Assembly: GCA_033442325.1 (NCBI GenBank)
Contig: JAWQFM010000001.1
Span: 872,210-936,209 of the forward strand
DNA from: Salpingoeca rosetta
Taxonomy: Eukaryota; Protista; Choanoflagellata
Direction of reading: 5' to 3'
Length of the DNA: 64,000 nucleotides
Each line of letters opens with the position of its first letter. Positions within the stretch are counted from its first letter, which is position 1. Below, piece by piece: positions 1 through 19,165 of the stretch. The notes beneath the pieces were generated by a model. The model ran no database searches, was not told where the DNA came from, and saw only the letters and a list, made by a program, of their open reading frames with translations. Made by a program: the position numbers and the translations under genes.

Positions 1-2856
<2,856 letters not shown>

Positions 2857-3132
2857 CGTTGGAGTGGGGAGGGGTTGGTGGGTGAGGGCAGTGGGGTTGT
2901 GCAGTGTGGTGGGGAGGACGGGGTCGTTGCAAAAATGTTTATTTGGGTCAGACACGTTTTTCAAAAGGCAGAATATTGGGTGTGTGGTGGGGAGCAATCT
3001 CAGGAGCGGTGAGTGGGCCACCGGGAATGCAGACGCACCCCCCCGTTGCTGGCTGGCTGGCGCAGACAGCACAAAATTAGTGCAACCGTCACGACTTTTG
3101 TTGCCTGCACGCACATACACTGCGCACCAACA

Positions 3133-3635
3133 ATGGCGCTTGTGGTGAGGGCAGCGCGACCGGTGGTGCTGCTCCTGGCCTTGTTTGTCATGGGTGTGCT
3201 GCTGGGATCGCTGTGGACAAGACACCAGCTCAGCACCGCCATTGAGCAGCAGTTCCAAGAACAGGTTCAGCTGCAACAGCAACACAAATGGCGCCAACAC
3301 CTGTCGCTCATCGGCGATGGTGCGACGCAGCGTCAATCCCATCCTCACACTCAGCGTCACGCTCCTGGTGCTCGCTCAACGCCAGCGAGAAGTGGCGCGT
3401 CCTCCACCAGTCCCCTCACAGCCGGGACAACCACGACGATATCAAACAGTGAACTGCCTTCGCCGCAGCCAGGAGGAGATCTGGACGGAGGGAATACGAG
3501 CAAGTCGGGCGCGGCAATGCATGTTCGCACCCGTCATCGATCCGGTGGAGGCAGCAACCAGAACAAACGGGTTGTCATCATCCCCGACATGGGTCAGGCA
3601 GCGCACGACAACCACAGCCAGCAAGAACAACAGGG

Positions 3636-3723
<88 letters not shown>

Positions 3724-4958
3724 CGACAAATTGGTGGTGGTGGGTGGGGTGGATCAAGCTCCAACTCGCGAAGGGGAGGTGCGGCCTTCTCCCATCTGGC
3801 AAACCCAGATGTCACGCTGCCCTCCCTACCGGCATCCCTGCAGCCGACGCCAAAGCGCGCACGCCTGCTTGTTCTTGTGGTCACAGGTGGCACAAAGGCA
3901 ACAGCAACCAGCAATCGCAAGGCTGTCCTTGAAACCTGGGCAAACAGCACAAGCTTGGACCACTCCAACGTCCTCTTCGTCACAGACGCGCCCGATATCC
4001 CAAACGCGCGTGCCATTCGATTGCCGCCGCCTGCGGAGCAGGGCGGTTCCCAAAAGCTGGGCCGGAAGGTGCTGCTCATGTGGGAGTACGTTGCGCAGCG
4101 CCTTGACACGGAGTTCCGTGACTTTGACTTTTTCATGAAGGCCGATGACGACACCTTTGTACATGTGCCCAAGCTCGAGCGAGACCTCCGCCTGCTCAGC
4201 GCGGATGAGCCGCTGTTCCTGGGCAAGAAGCAATATGGCGGCGGCGTCCGTGGCACCGCTGCCGCTAACCCATTATTTCAGGTGTTATAACAAGGCTTCG
4301 CTTTGAGGGGGTGGGGTGGGGTTGAGTGCGTGTCTGCGATGCGTGTGCACGTCAAGCTGCTTTACATTGTTTGCATGCTTGCACGTGCCCTCGGCACTTT
4401 CTTGCCTTTCCTTACTAATGGTAGCTCTACTGCGACTGCTGCTCTACTGCTACTGCTACTGCTACTGCTGCTACTGCTGCTACTGCTGCTGCTGCTGCTG
4501 TGCGTATTTGCTGAATAATGTGTGTGATGTAACCTCTCCATGCTTCGGTTCCGACGTGCACAGCGCAAGAACTACATGAAGGTACGGTGTTGTGCGCATG
4601 CTTCAGAGCATTGCGGTGGGATGGCATGAAGCACCTTTGAGCTTTTGAACCATCTTCGTTAACATACTCACGACGGGCTTCTCTGGGGCATGTGGCAGTT
4701 TGCACATGGGGGTGCTGGATACATTCTGAGCCGTGGCCTTGTGAAGGCGATGGAAGGGTCGTTTTCACGCTGCGTCTCGCAGAAGCCGCAGACGCCGTTG
4801 GAGGATGCAAAGCTGGCTTCATGCCTGTATGCATGCGTCGGTGTGGACACCATCAACGTCGGTGGTGCGGTGGGTCCCTTTGGTAACCTCGATGTCTTTG
4901 GGAATCGCCATGGCCAGCACATCCATGCGGAGCGCCTCTCCACCTGGCCCTGGTCAGT

Positions 4959-5056
<98 letters not shown>

Positions 5057-6058
5057 TCGTGCGAGTGTTTGTGTGTGTGTGTGCCTGTGTGTGTATGCCT
5101 GTGTGTCAATGTTGTCGGCGTTATTTCTTGAGATGAAGGAGCTGCTGTGGGCCAGAAGACGATGAGCTCTTGGGTGACACAAAGCCTCTGAGCACGACTA
5201 ACGTTTGGCACTTTGTTGATTGTCCTATTGTCGCCCAGGGAACGGTTTGTGGTAGCTGGATCCTTTCACAGCGTTGAGGCGGAGACGACAAGGAGCATTC
5301 ACAGGTGATGGGACGATGCATTGCAGTTGTGTTGAGTGTGGATTCTGTGCTTGCCCTCCCTCCAGCACTTCAGTACCTCACCTTTGCCACCAATCATCTG
5401 CTGTGCGCCTCGAACAAAGGTTGTTACAAGGAGTGCCAAAGCGTGAAGCTGCAGATGTTGTGGCCAGCAACGACAAAGCGACACGGGAGGTTTGTATCCA
5501 CTGTTTTGAGACTGCACTGCACACCTGCATTGTGGGCTTGTGTGTTCCATACCTTTTCCTCTCACTTCTTCCGTCATTCCTTGCCTCCTTTCCTTCCTCA
5601 CGTGTGAACGCACACACACACGCACACACACACACACGCACACACACACACACACATACGTGGTGTAGTTTGTCATCAAGTTTGCGGCCGGCTTCTCGTC
5701 TGTGTATGCATGCAAGGTGAACTGGCAACCTCTGCGACCACTACACTCGCAGCAACTCCACCAAAATGATCAGCAAGTCGAGACAGGAGACTCTCACGAA
5801 GGTGTGCCCACGAACGAGCTCGCCAACAATCGCCACGCCACATCTTCAAGGACGACAGCGAGCAGCGCCATCTGCTTTGGGCCAGGGCTGCACCCAACAC
5901 TGGCAGGGCCTGTGCTCGCGTTTCAACACCAGTTCTTCACGCGCCCGCGCTTTCGAGCTGGCGAGCGGCGGCCCGTGCGGTGCCGCGATGCGTTTGTGTG
6001 CTGTGAGACAACGGAGGGTGATGAGGAGGGGGGCGTCGCAGACACAGAGAAACAACAA

Positions 6059-6113
<55 letters not shown>

Positions 6114-8180
6114 CAAGCGATGGTGTCCCTTACATCCGAGGCATACCCATGAACATTGATCAGAGCACAGAGGTTTCCGAGAACCCAGCAGCCAGGCAAG
6201 GTTCAGCGTACAGTTCACACTTGTACACGACACTGCACTCACCTCGCGTCGTGTTGGTGGCCGTTCGGGATGATCGGGATGTGGAGACGCTCCCATCACT
6301 GCTCACTTCGCTGGAGACGGCGCACGTATGCGCAGATGTTGTCCTCTTTCTCGGCAACTCGCTTCCTCGAGATCATCTCTTCTTCACCGTGAGTGGTGGT
6401 GGTGGAGGTGGTGCCTGGTGATATCCGCAGTCGTGCATCGCTTGTAAGACATTGCTCAGTTTGAAACTTTATTGTTGACGATGCTCACGCAACCCGCGAG
6501 TGCACGTTTCATGCTGCACCTCATGCTGCCGTGCAATATTGCTGCCTTGCCGCGGCTTGTGGTTTGCGATTTTGAACGCGTCCCGCGCCACTCACTCGCT
6601 CATCTTTCGCTGTCATCTCGCTGCCGTGCATGTTGATGTTGCAGATGCGCCATGGGCGGTTGGAGGTCGTGGTGAATGCAAACACAAACATGATGAACCC
6701 AGAGCACGTCGCCGCGGTGCAGAGCGAGTTCCTCTCCACCCACACCGGCTACAAGCAGTCGATTGCTGTTGATGCACGCGCCGTGTTTCAGGCGGACCCT
6801 TTCACAGCATTGAGCTGGGACCGCGTGTCGTTTGCAGTGCAGCAGCCTGAACAGTGGAGCCTCAAACTCACCTGCGGCTTTCCATCGGTATGCAGCCTTG
6901 TGGGGCATCGTGCTTGTGTCTGTATCTGTGTGTCGTGCTTGTGCGTCTGTGTGTGTGTGTGTGTATGTGTGTATGTGTGTGTCTCTGCATGTGTGAGAGA
7001 GTGCAGGGTATCTGCTTGTCGCCTTCTTTCTTTGCGTTGTACAAGGCGCGACTGGCAGGCGTTTCTTGCTTGCATGCATGCAAGCATCTGTTTTGGCCCA
7101 TGACTTGCTCCATTCCCTGGATCTGTTGCTTGTTGAATATTCACACCCCACGTACGCACGCATCCACGCCCCTGGCCTCAATTTCCAAGAACCATCAAGT
7201 GAACCTGCATCCGCAGTTGAGCCCTTTCTTCTCTTTTGGCCCCGCTGAAGCCCATGCACGCGCTTTAATGGCACTCGCGAGTCTTCGCCAGGTAAGCTGA
7301 GGGTTGGACGACACTGTGCGTGTGCGTGTGCGTGTGTGTGTGTGCGTGTGTGTGTGTGTGTGTGTGAGTGTGTGAGTGTGTGAGTGTGTGAGTGTGTCCT
7401 CTTCTTGCTTACATAGTTATATGCGGTGCAAATGTGCACGTGATCCTGCGAGTATCGTTGACATTGAAACACCGAGCTTGACTATTCTTCCCTCACCTTC
7501 GTCGCTCGTATCTACACTTTCCTTGCCTCTCCTCATCTCATCACCTGTCTCCTGCACTCCTTCCAACGACCCCTCCATTCCTGACCCCCTCTGCCGATCT
7601 CCATGGGTAGCGATACGCGTCCAAGTGCAGCCCGCGGGAGCTGGTCTCGGAGGCCGTGTGGGGCTGGCAGGTGGCGCCGTTTGCGCGCGTGGCGGTGCTC
7701 GCACCATGGGATGGTCCTGCTGCAGATATGGCTGCACCACTCGAGGAGCGGTGGTGGAGGGTGCACGACCACCCGCCGCCACCGCCACGACGCCCGTCGA
7801 CAGAAGCAGATGCAAGCAGACGTGATCGTGATGCTGGTGGTGATGATGATGGTGATGATGGTGGTGGGGAGAGTGAGTCAAATGCCCGCCAACAGCAAGC
7901 GGGAGGACTCGACGCCATACTGGGTGCGTTGACCGGCCTCCCAGGCATGGCTGGGACACACGCGTCACCAGCATCGCTGGGCGTGACGGTGACAAACTAC
8001 GAGGGCGATGGCGTCGTGGTGCTGCTCAACGCCGACGCAGCGCTCACGCGCGATGCCACCGCTCCGCAATTGCTGACAGTTCGGGATCGCGCCATGCTGT
8101 TAACGTCACCTCGCAACCCGCCACCAGATATCGACGACTCCTTAGCTGTCGGGCGACAGCAGAAAAAGGCATCACCATGA
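3133..8180 (+). CDS. Type II membrane glycosyltransferase, GT31 (fringe/beta-1,3-galactosyltransferase-like), with a second degenerate GT-A-like C-terminal domain; multi-exon
   Basis: N-terminal anchor VVLLLALFVMGVLLGSLW and a polyQ stem. GT31 motifs: AVLETWA, FDFFMKADDDTFVHVPKL (DxD), PLFLGK, FAHGGAGYILSRGLVKAM, EDAKLASCL, SFHSV. Exon 1 is 3133-4281, an 18-nt exon is at 4564-4581, the next starts at 4699. Later exon boundaries are less certain. Confidence 0.75.
3638..3724 (+). repeat. Pure (CAA)n coding microsatellite giving polyQ in the GT31 stem
   Basis: Uninterrupted caa repeats in frame within exon 1. Confidence 0.9.
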
Positions 8181-8636
8181 CACCGTGAACACGTGTGTGT
8201 TGTGTGTATGTGTGCGTGTTGTGTGTTGGGGAGTGTACGAGGTACCAAGTTAGGATTGGTTGGGGATGTCGCTGTGTGTGGCTGTGAAGCATGGCTGCTG
8301 TGTATGCACTACAGCTTTCACTCTCGTCGCTTCGCCACAGAGCGTGCATTAAGTATTGGCCAAGCTAAGGGCCGTGTGTAAACCATCTACAGCCAAGCTG
8401 CCACTGTGCACGTGTAGCAGGTGGTGTGACTAAGGGTTGGCTTGTTTTTTAGGCTTGTTTTTAGTTTGGTTTGAGTCGCTCGCATTCCACAACAGGAGTG
8501 TGCATGCAGCAAGCACCGGTTATAGAAGAGCAGCTTTGTGTTTGGGAGTGTGGGTGCAGGAGGCAGTCAAGCACACGCAAGTGTAACGATGGGCACACGA
8601 GTCACACGCAACGGTACTGTGTGTGTGTGCGTGTGA

Positions 8637-9396
8637 TCACTCCAGGTTGTTGTTGATGAGGGCCTGCAGGGAGGGCTCATCCGGTTGCAGCCAGACCATG
8701 GCTTCAACCATGGCCGGTGGGAAGTCAGCCTTGGCGCCCGTGCGGTAGTCGAAGCTCACCAGCCGCCCACGGCCCTCAGCAGCCACCGTCCCTTTCAGCT
8801 TCTCGCTCACCAGCTGTCAGGGTGTGTGAATGATATGAGAAAGAGGGTGGGGGAAATGGGGGTGTAGTTTGAAGCACGGTGGGAGTGAGTATGTGTCAAT
8901 GAATGAGTGAGTGAGTGTGTGTCTGTGTCGGTGTCTGTGTCTGTGTCTGTGTCTGTGTGTGTGTGAGTGTGTGTCTGTGTCTGTGTGTGTGAGTGGGTGT
9001 GTATCTGTGTGAGTGAGTGAGTGTGTGTGTGAGTGAGTGTCTGTGTGTCTGTGTGTTTTGTGAAAGGTGGTTGGAGGTTGAAGCAAAGCCAGAGTACATG
9101 TGTGTGCAGTGGGTCAAGTGGGTCAAGTGTACACCCACTCGCCGCACCTGGTAGACGAGCTGAAGCTCATCGCGTTCCACTTCATCGACGCGGATGCCGA
9201 GGGAGAGGGTGTCGGGGAAGGTGAGGGGCGCCTTGAACCGCGTGTACGCGTCCGCCATGATGGGGCCGACTGCGTGGGCTGTGCAAAACACAAACAAAAC
9301 AAAAAACGCGTGAGTGTAGAGAGAGCGAAAATGCATGAGCAGAGGGAGAGAGGGAGGAGAGGGAGAGAGACAGAGAGGTACACACACCCCCAACAC

Positions 9397-9463
<67 letters not shown>

Positions 9464-9926
9464 CACAACACAACAACACATCGCACAAAAACAAACAAAC
9501 AGATAACTTCACAAACCACAAAACCACAAAAACAACACAAATGTACAGATAACAGCGCTTACTGCCAACAAAGTCGGTCTTGGCAAAGTCGCAGAGCTTG
9601 TGCAGGAACTTGATGCGGGCGTTCTCAAAGTACCGGAAGTACACGACGTTGTTCACGTGCTGGAAGGCATCCATGTCGCCCCATTGCACCACCTCGGTGT
9701 GCCAGACGGGATACTGCTTGGCAAGCTCCTCTGGCACGAAGCTTGGAGGCTTGCAGTCTTCGTGGAACGGCGCAGTGTAAGCCATGCCCCGGCGGCACAC
9801 CTGAGACACAGAGCCGCGTGCAGCAGAACGGGAGGCGTTGAGCGCCATGGCCATCATCTTCGGTGTGGCCGTGGCTCGCCGAAGCACACACCCTGCGTTC
9901 ATCATCATCATCGTCATCATCGTCAT
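8637..9926 (-). CDS. Hot-dog fold acyl-CoA thioesterase (4HBT/YbgC/FadM-like) with probable mitochondrial presequence; 3 exons
   Basis: VVQWGDMDAFQHVNNVVYFRYFENARI motif. Exon 2: PIMADAYTRFKAPLTFPDTL. Exon 3 (8813-8637): LVSEK...AAEGRGRLVSFDYRTGAK...NNLE*. Arg/Ala/Ser-rich N-terminus; several alternative ATGs. Confidence 0.85.
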
Positions 9927-10198
9927 CGTCAACAAGCAAAGCAACACAGAGCTGATCGCGTCAGCAATTGAAAAATGCGATCACGACAGCAAAAGGTGCA
10001 TTCATAACTGTTGCGGCAACAATCCCACCATCATCATCCACGCATCCCACTCCCTTCTTCTCTTGTTTTGTTTTTGTGTATCGAGCGTCCACAACACAGC
10101 CGTGGTCGTTGCTGCTTCCTCCTGCGTTAGTCGGCCTGTACTCTGGGAACTTTGACGTTGTTCGAGCACACAACGGTAGCTTGTAGACAAGACAGACG

Positions 10199-12045
10199 AT
10201 GCAGTTGAGTGGGGGTGTTGGGCGCAGTGCGCGTGCGTTGGCGACGGTGCGTCGCTTGACACGGCTGCGCGCCTTGACTCCGAGCGCAACCCACGCACGG
10301 CCCACAACCTTGCGTCGCTCCGTCATTCAACATAACCAGGTATGAACGTGGAACGCGTGCGTGCATGTGTGTGTGTGTATGTGCGTGTGTGTGCGTGTGT
10401 GTGTGTGTGTATCTGAGAGTCCTCTCCTGTCTCATCAGTGTCCAGCGTCCTCCTTTGCTGATTCTGGTTGCCTGCTTTGTTGCCTGTTTGTTTGTCGCGT
10501 GTTTGCAGCCGGATGCAGCAGCTGTTGTTGCGTCGCCGCAACGGGCATGGCCATCGGCGATAACTCTCGCACGGAGATGTGAGTGTGGTCCTCTGCGTTG
10601 TGTGTCGTGCGTTTGTGTTTGTGTGATCGTGTGCGTGTGTGTGGTTGCGTTGTGCCTTTCTCTCAGTCCCTCTCGCACCCACTCTCCCTCGCTCTCACCC
10701 CCTCTCGCGTCTCTGATCCTCTTGCTGCTGAAATCAAGGGTCGAGCGATGACGGGTCAAGCGGCGGAAGTGGGGATGGAGGCAATAACAAGGGCAGCAGC
10801 GGTGACAAGAACAGCAAGAAGTCAAGCACATCAGGTGTGTGTGTGTGTGTGTGTTGTTGTTGTGCCTGTGTGTGTGTGTGTGTTGTTGTGCCTGCGTTTG
10901 TTTGCTCTCATGTTTAGATCCCCCCCTGTGTCTTGGTCGTGCGCCCTTCTTCTCGCTCAATGACGTGTTTCTCGCTCACACCCGCAGAGAAAGACGACGA
11001 CAAGGGAGGTTCAGACTCTTCCACAGGCACATCGCCGACATCATCGTCGTCATCTTCATCATCAACCACACAAGGAAAGGATGGGAACGATGGAGCAGCC
11101 AAGTCCACCAGCAAGGACAGCACAGGTGGTGGCCGTGGTGGTGGTGGTGAGCCGCCAAACGTGTGTCCGCAGTGTGGCGAGGTGCTGAAGATCATTCCAA
11201 AGGGACGCCGCCACATTGCCGCGTGCCCGTCTTGCCACTACTTCTTCCTGCGCACCGTTGGCCGCGCTGAAACTTCAACCGACGCCTCAGGTAGGACGTG
11301 TTGTGTGTATTTGTGTCTGAGTGTGTGTGTCTGAGTGTGTGTGTGTGTCTGAGTGTCTGAGTGTGTGTGCGTGCGTGTGTGTGTCTGAGTGCGTGTGCGT
11401 GTCTCAGTGTGTATGTCTGTATCTGTTCGGCCGTCTTCCCTATCTTTGTTTGCCTGTCGAGCTGTTTCATCGCATGCAACCTCCCACACAACCTCTCTCC
11501 CCTCCACCACCATCCGCCACAGCCACTGCAGGCCAAGCCAAGACGGCAAAGAAGCCGGAGGTTCAGGTTTGGGGCCCAAGCACTCCAAAGCCAAAGGAGG
11601 TAAGTTGTGTTGCGTGTGTGTGTGATGTGTGTGGAGGCGTGTGCTTGTGCGGATGTGTGTGGAGGCGTGTGTGTGTGTGTGTGATGTGTGGAGGCGTGTG
11701 CTTGTGCGGATGCATTGAAATGTGTGTGTGTGTGTGTGTGTGTTACGCTTGCACACCTCGGCCTCTGACGCGCCACTGTCCACCATGCGTGCGATGGCAG
11801 ATCTTGGACAACTTGAACGACTATGTAATTGGGCAGGACCACGCCAAGAAGACGCTAGCTGTCGCCGTGTACAACCACTACAAGCGCGTCTCCGCGAACC
11901 TCAAGGAGGCATCCTCATCGGTGCGTGCGTGCGTGCGTGTGTTGAATGATGATGGTGACTCAAACGTGCTTGAAGGTATGCCAGGAACAACACAGCGCCA
12001 GCTTCTCACAACCCTGCACATGCACCACACATTACGCGCCTCCAC

Positions 12046-12089
<44 letters not shown>

Positions 12090-14372
12090 CTGCGCATGAT
12101 GTTCAGTTTGAGAAGAGCAATATTCTGCTGGCTGGCCCGACCGGCAGCGGAAAGACGCTGCTCGCACGCACGCTCGCCAACATCCTCAACGTCCCCTTTG
12201 CCATCAGCGACTGCACCACCCTCACACAGGTGCGTCTGAACGTGTTAATATGTGTGTGCGTGTGTGTATGTGTTTGTGTGTGTGTGTTAATGTGTGTGTT
12301 AATGTGTGTGTGTGTGTGTTTGTGTGTGTGTGCTTGTGCTTGTGCTTGAGCTTTGCTCGTGTGTGTCGGTGCTTGTGAGTAGACGCGTCGAAGGCAGGTA
12401 CGCCTCGCGCTGGTGCATGAGCTCACCCTGCGTCCACAAACCTCCAGGCCGGATATGTTGGCGAGGACGTGGAGAGCGTGCTGTACCGCCTGCTGCAGGC
12501 CTGCGACTTTGACCTCGACCGCGCGCAGCGAGGTGAGCAGGCAGCAGCAGCGCTGATGATGATGGCTGCGTGGTGTGGTGTTTTGCGTGACTTTTTTTTC
12601 TGTTGTGCGCTGGACGTGTGAAATGATGTCACGTCTTGTCGCACCGCATGCAGCTGCCACGTGGCGTGCCTCACACTCCCGCCAACCACCCACACGTTCC
12701 CACGAATTGCCCACATGCCAACCCGTTCCCGTGCAGGCATTGTGTTCCTTGATGAGATTGACAAGATCAGTTCGATTTCCGGCAGCGGCGTTGCGACGCG
12801 CGACGTCTCTGGCGAGGGCGTCCAGCAGGCCCTGCTCAAGCTCTTGGAAGGTGAGCACGATGTTGGTGGTGATTTGATGAGTGTGAAAGGGGGACCATGC
12901 TTCTTTTGCGCACATGTGTGTGTGTGTGTGTCATCCATTCACGATGGTCGGTCGCTGTGAATTGTGTCTCATATGTAACATGCGCAATCGTGCACGTTGT
13001 GGCGTCTTACTTTGCTTGCAGGCACGGTTGTGAATGTGCCTGAGAAGGGCGGGCGGAAGAGCCCGCGTGGCGAAACCATCCAGATTGACACGAGCAACAT
13101 CCTGTTCATTGCATCTGGCGCCTTCAACGGCCTTGAGGACCTCATCAAGAAGCGCGAGGAAAAGGGGGTCAGTGCGCTGTGTTTGTTGGTTTGTTTCTGT
13201 TTCTGTTTCTCTGTGCGTGGTTCTGTACGTGGTTCTGTTGTACTCTGTTTCTGTTTCTGTGCGTGTTGTTGGAGCATTTGCCTTTTTTGAATTACTCTCT
13301 CGTTCATATTCCATCTTGGCTGTGTGTCGTTCCCCCTTTTGCAATTCTCACCGGTGCATTGCCGCTGCGCTGCACGCCACCATGTCCACGACCGCCAGTC
13401 GATCGGCTTCAACGCCGCGCTCAAGACGCCGAACAAACCCGTGGACGGGCAGATGCTGCGGAAGGTGCAGGCCGACGACCTCGTCAAGGTGACCCTTCGC
13501 GTTCAACCTTGCATGCAATGGCATTGCTGCTCAAGCTCTGCTACTTGATGCCCTCAACAATACTACGGACCACAGCGACACACAGCAACAACCACACGCA
13601 CGCACGCACACACACGCACACGCACACACACACGCGCGCGCACACGCGAGCTCTATCACATCACCCTGCAAACGTCCACGTTTCTCTCATCAACAAACAC
13701 CCCCTTGCCCTTTGCTGTTGCTGCAGTTTGGGCTGATTCCGGAGTTTGTTGGCCGGTTCCCGTGCGTGGTGCACCTCGAGGCGCTGACAGAGAGCGACCT
13801 CGTGCGTGTGCTCACGGAGCCGAAGAACAGCCTCGTCTCCCAATACCGCGCCCTCTTCCGCATGGAGAACGTGAGCACACCTAATGTATATGCATGGTTG
13901 CATGTGCGATTGCATGTGTGATTGCGTGTGCCTGCGCGCTTACCTGCTTGCCTGCTTGCGTGTCGATGTTCTGCTGCTGGCCCTCACACGTGCATCCCCC
14001 CTCCCAACCAACGCCGCAGACGGACCTTGTGTTTTCGTCGTCGTCGCTGCGGGCGTTTGCGAAGAAGGCGCTGGACCGCAAGACGGGTGCACGCGGCCTG
14101 CGCACGTTCATCGAGCAGGTGCTCCTGCAGCCCATGTACGACGTCCCAGGCAGCGACATCGCCACCGTCATGATCACAGACAAGGTGTGTGTGTGTGGGT
14201 GTGGGTGTGGGTGTGTGTGTGGGTGTGGGTGTGGGTGTGGGTGTGGGTGTGTGTGTGGGTGTGGGTGTGGGTGGGTGGGTGGGGGGGGGGTTGTTCTCGT
14301 GTGACAGCATGCGTCGTCCACTGTGCACGATGTCGTGAACTCTATGAACTCTATGCTTCGTCACGCTCCCTC

Positions 14373-14416
<44 letters not shown>

Positions 14417-14562
14417 CACAACACACACACACTGTCTCTCAGACGGTGCTTGAGGATGAGGCGCCGCTGTACATTACGCACTCCGAGATGAGCAGCAGTA
14501 CGACGCAGCAGCAGCAGCAGCAGGACGACGAGGCTGAGGACGATGTCTCGGCCACAAACTAG
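10199..14562 (+). CDS. CLPX: Mitochondrial ATP-dependent Clp protease ATP-binding subunit ClpX; multi-exon
   Basis: Presequence-like N-terminus, C4 zinc finger CPQCG...[30 protein letters not shown], Walker [18 protein letters not shown]|AGYVGEDVE, Walker [49 protein letters not shown]. Stop TAG at 14560-14562. Confidence 0.95.
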
Positions 14563-14914
14563 ACAGCACCACGCACTGGTGCATTATTCTAATGCACTGA
14601 TTCGTGCGCGTTGGTGTGCACGCCTTGCTCGTGCTCCCTTGTTTCTCTGTCCTCACGTTTGCACGCACGTGCGCAGATACCCGCGTTCGCGCAGACACAG
14701 TTAGAGCTCTGGTGTTGGTTTGTTGATTGGTTGGTTTGTTGGTTGACACTTAAAAATGCTTTCTCGGCTTGCCAGCTCATGAATGTGAATTGAGAGGTCT
14801 GGTTGTTTATTGATGTGGGAGACAAGCGATAACACACATGCACACAACTCACACGCACACGTTCGCGCACACATACACACACACACACACACACACAAGT
14901 ACACACCCCACGTA

Positions 14915-15596
14915 TCACTTGTCGTGGCCTGGCGTGGCTGCTGCTGTTGTTGCTGCGTTTGTCTGTGTCTTGTTCTTGTCGTGTGCTTCGCGTGTCTTCT
15001 TTGCCTCAATGGCAAGCTGGAGATCCTGTGCCGTCACTTCCACAACGCCGTCGTGCTCCTGCTTCCGCACGCTCTCTCCTTTGCTCTTGAGCATCTCCTC
15101 GATGTTCCTTTGATTGGAGGCAGGTTGGGGTTTGGTCACACAGTCGAACACACGATGGCAATGCGCTTGGTGTGAGTGGAGGAGTGGTGCATTCGCAACA
15201 AAGGCGTGCCTCAGCGCAACACCCCGCACGTCGTACTCAATTACAGTTGCTGCTGTATGTAGCACACATGCAGCCAACACACTCACTTGCCACCGCCGAT
15301 GCCTTTGAACCAGCCGAGGTTGTCTGCAATGAGATGCTTTGCATCACACCCTGGACAATTGACAATCACAACCCCTGTAAAAGTGCATGTGAAACAATGA
15401 TGAGGGTGTGTTGATATGCGTGTGTTCGTGCATGGGCACACAGCGGCTCGCTTCCCACACGGGCACATTCAAAGAGAGGGAGCGAGGGAGAGCGAGAGGG
15501 AGCGAGGGAGAGCGAGAGCGAGAGAGCAACCAGCACACACACGCACACATACGCACATGCAATCCCTCTCCCTCGTACATACACACACACGCATAC

Positions 15597-15630
<34 letters not shown>

Positions 15631-16060
15631 CGTTGTGGTAGGCCTGTTTGGAGAAGGTCTTGCTTCCTCGGTTACCACACTTGTTGCACGTAAAAACGAC
15701 GGCATATGTACCCTCCAATGGCGTTCCCTCATTGAGTGCCTGGCCTTTGTTGTCGTTGTGGTTTGCTGAGGTGTGCGCTGCTACACGTGCTGATGATGAC
15801 AAAGGCTGTCTCAGTGCCATTACCGGCAAGGCGCAGCTGCTTGGCCTTATTCTTCTGCTGCTGCCAAGACCAGTTGCTGTCAGTGTTGACGACAGTGCTG
15901 ACGCAGTCGTGCGTGCCAGCAGCAGCCGCCGTGGCACTGCTGCTGCTGCTGCTGCTGCTGCTGTTACCGCCACTGCTGTACGGCGTGTGCTTGTAGCGGC
16001 CACCGAGCAGCGCGCAGCCGCTGTTGCGCGCATCATCATCGTCGCCATCACCATCGCCAT
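14915..16060 (-). CDS. DNLZ: DNL-type zinc finger protein (Zim17/Tim15/Hep1, mtHsp70 escort); 3 exons
   Basis: FTCNKCGNRGSKTFSKQAYHNG|VVIVNCPGCDAKHLIADNLGWF...RNIEEMLKSKGESV; long Arg/Ala/Ser presequence. Confidence 0.92.
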
Positions 16061-16121
16061 CGTTTTGTCTGTCGCCGTGTCGCACCGAATTGAAAAATAT
16101 ACGCGACAGCATAAAGTGCAG

Positions 16122-16130
16122 GTTGCTATG
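16122..16130 (+). promoter_or_regulatory. RFX X-box-like half site upstream of CFAP96
   Basis: GTTGCTATG about 175 bp before the ATG at 16304, matching the GTTRCYATG half of the X-box consensus. Confidence 0.5.
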
Positions 16131-16303
16131 CTCGCTTGCATTTTGCGCGGCGCGACGACGACGACACAACCCACCAGGCTACACACGAACAGCAGCTAAA
16201 CACAACTGAGAGGAGGGCACGTTGACGTGTTTTCCCCCACCATCCACTTCATCCACACGACACATCCTTCATTCTGAATCACCACCTCACAGACCGTCTC
16301 ACC

Positions 16304-19066
<2,763 letters not shown>

Positions 19067-19069
<3 letters not shown>

Positions 19070-19078
19070 TGATGATGG

Positions 19079-19163
<85 letters not shown>
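19067..19163 (+). repeat. (TGA)n microsatellite starting at the CFAP96 stop codon
   Basis: AGA TGA TGA TGA TGG TGA TGA... directly continues the reading frame. Confidence 0.85.

Positions 19164-19165
<2 letters not shown>

Noticed and set aside
14190-14290. G-rich (GGGTGT)n tract resembling telomeric repeat
   Set aside because: Internal to a CLPX intron, derived from (GT)n and not TTAGGG; G-quadruplex potential alone is not evidence of function.
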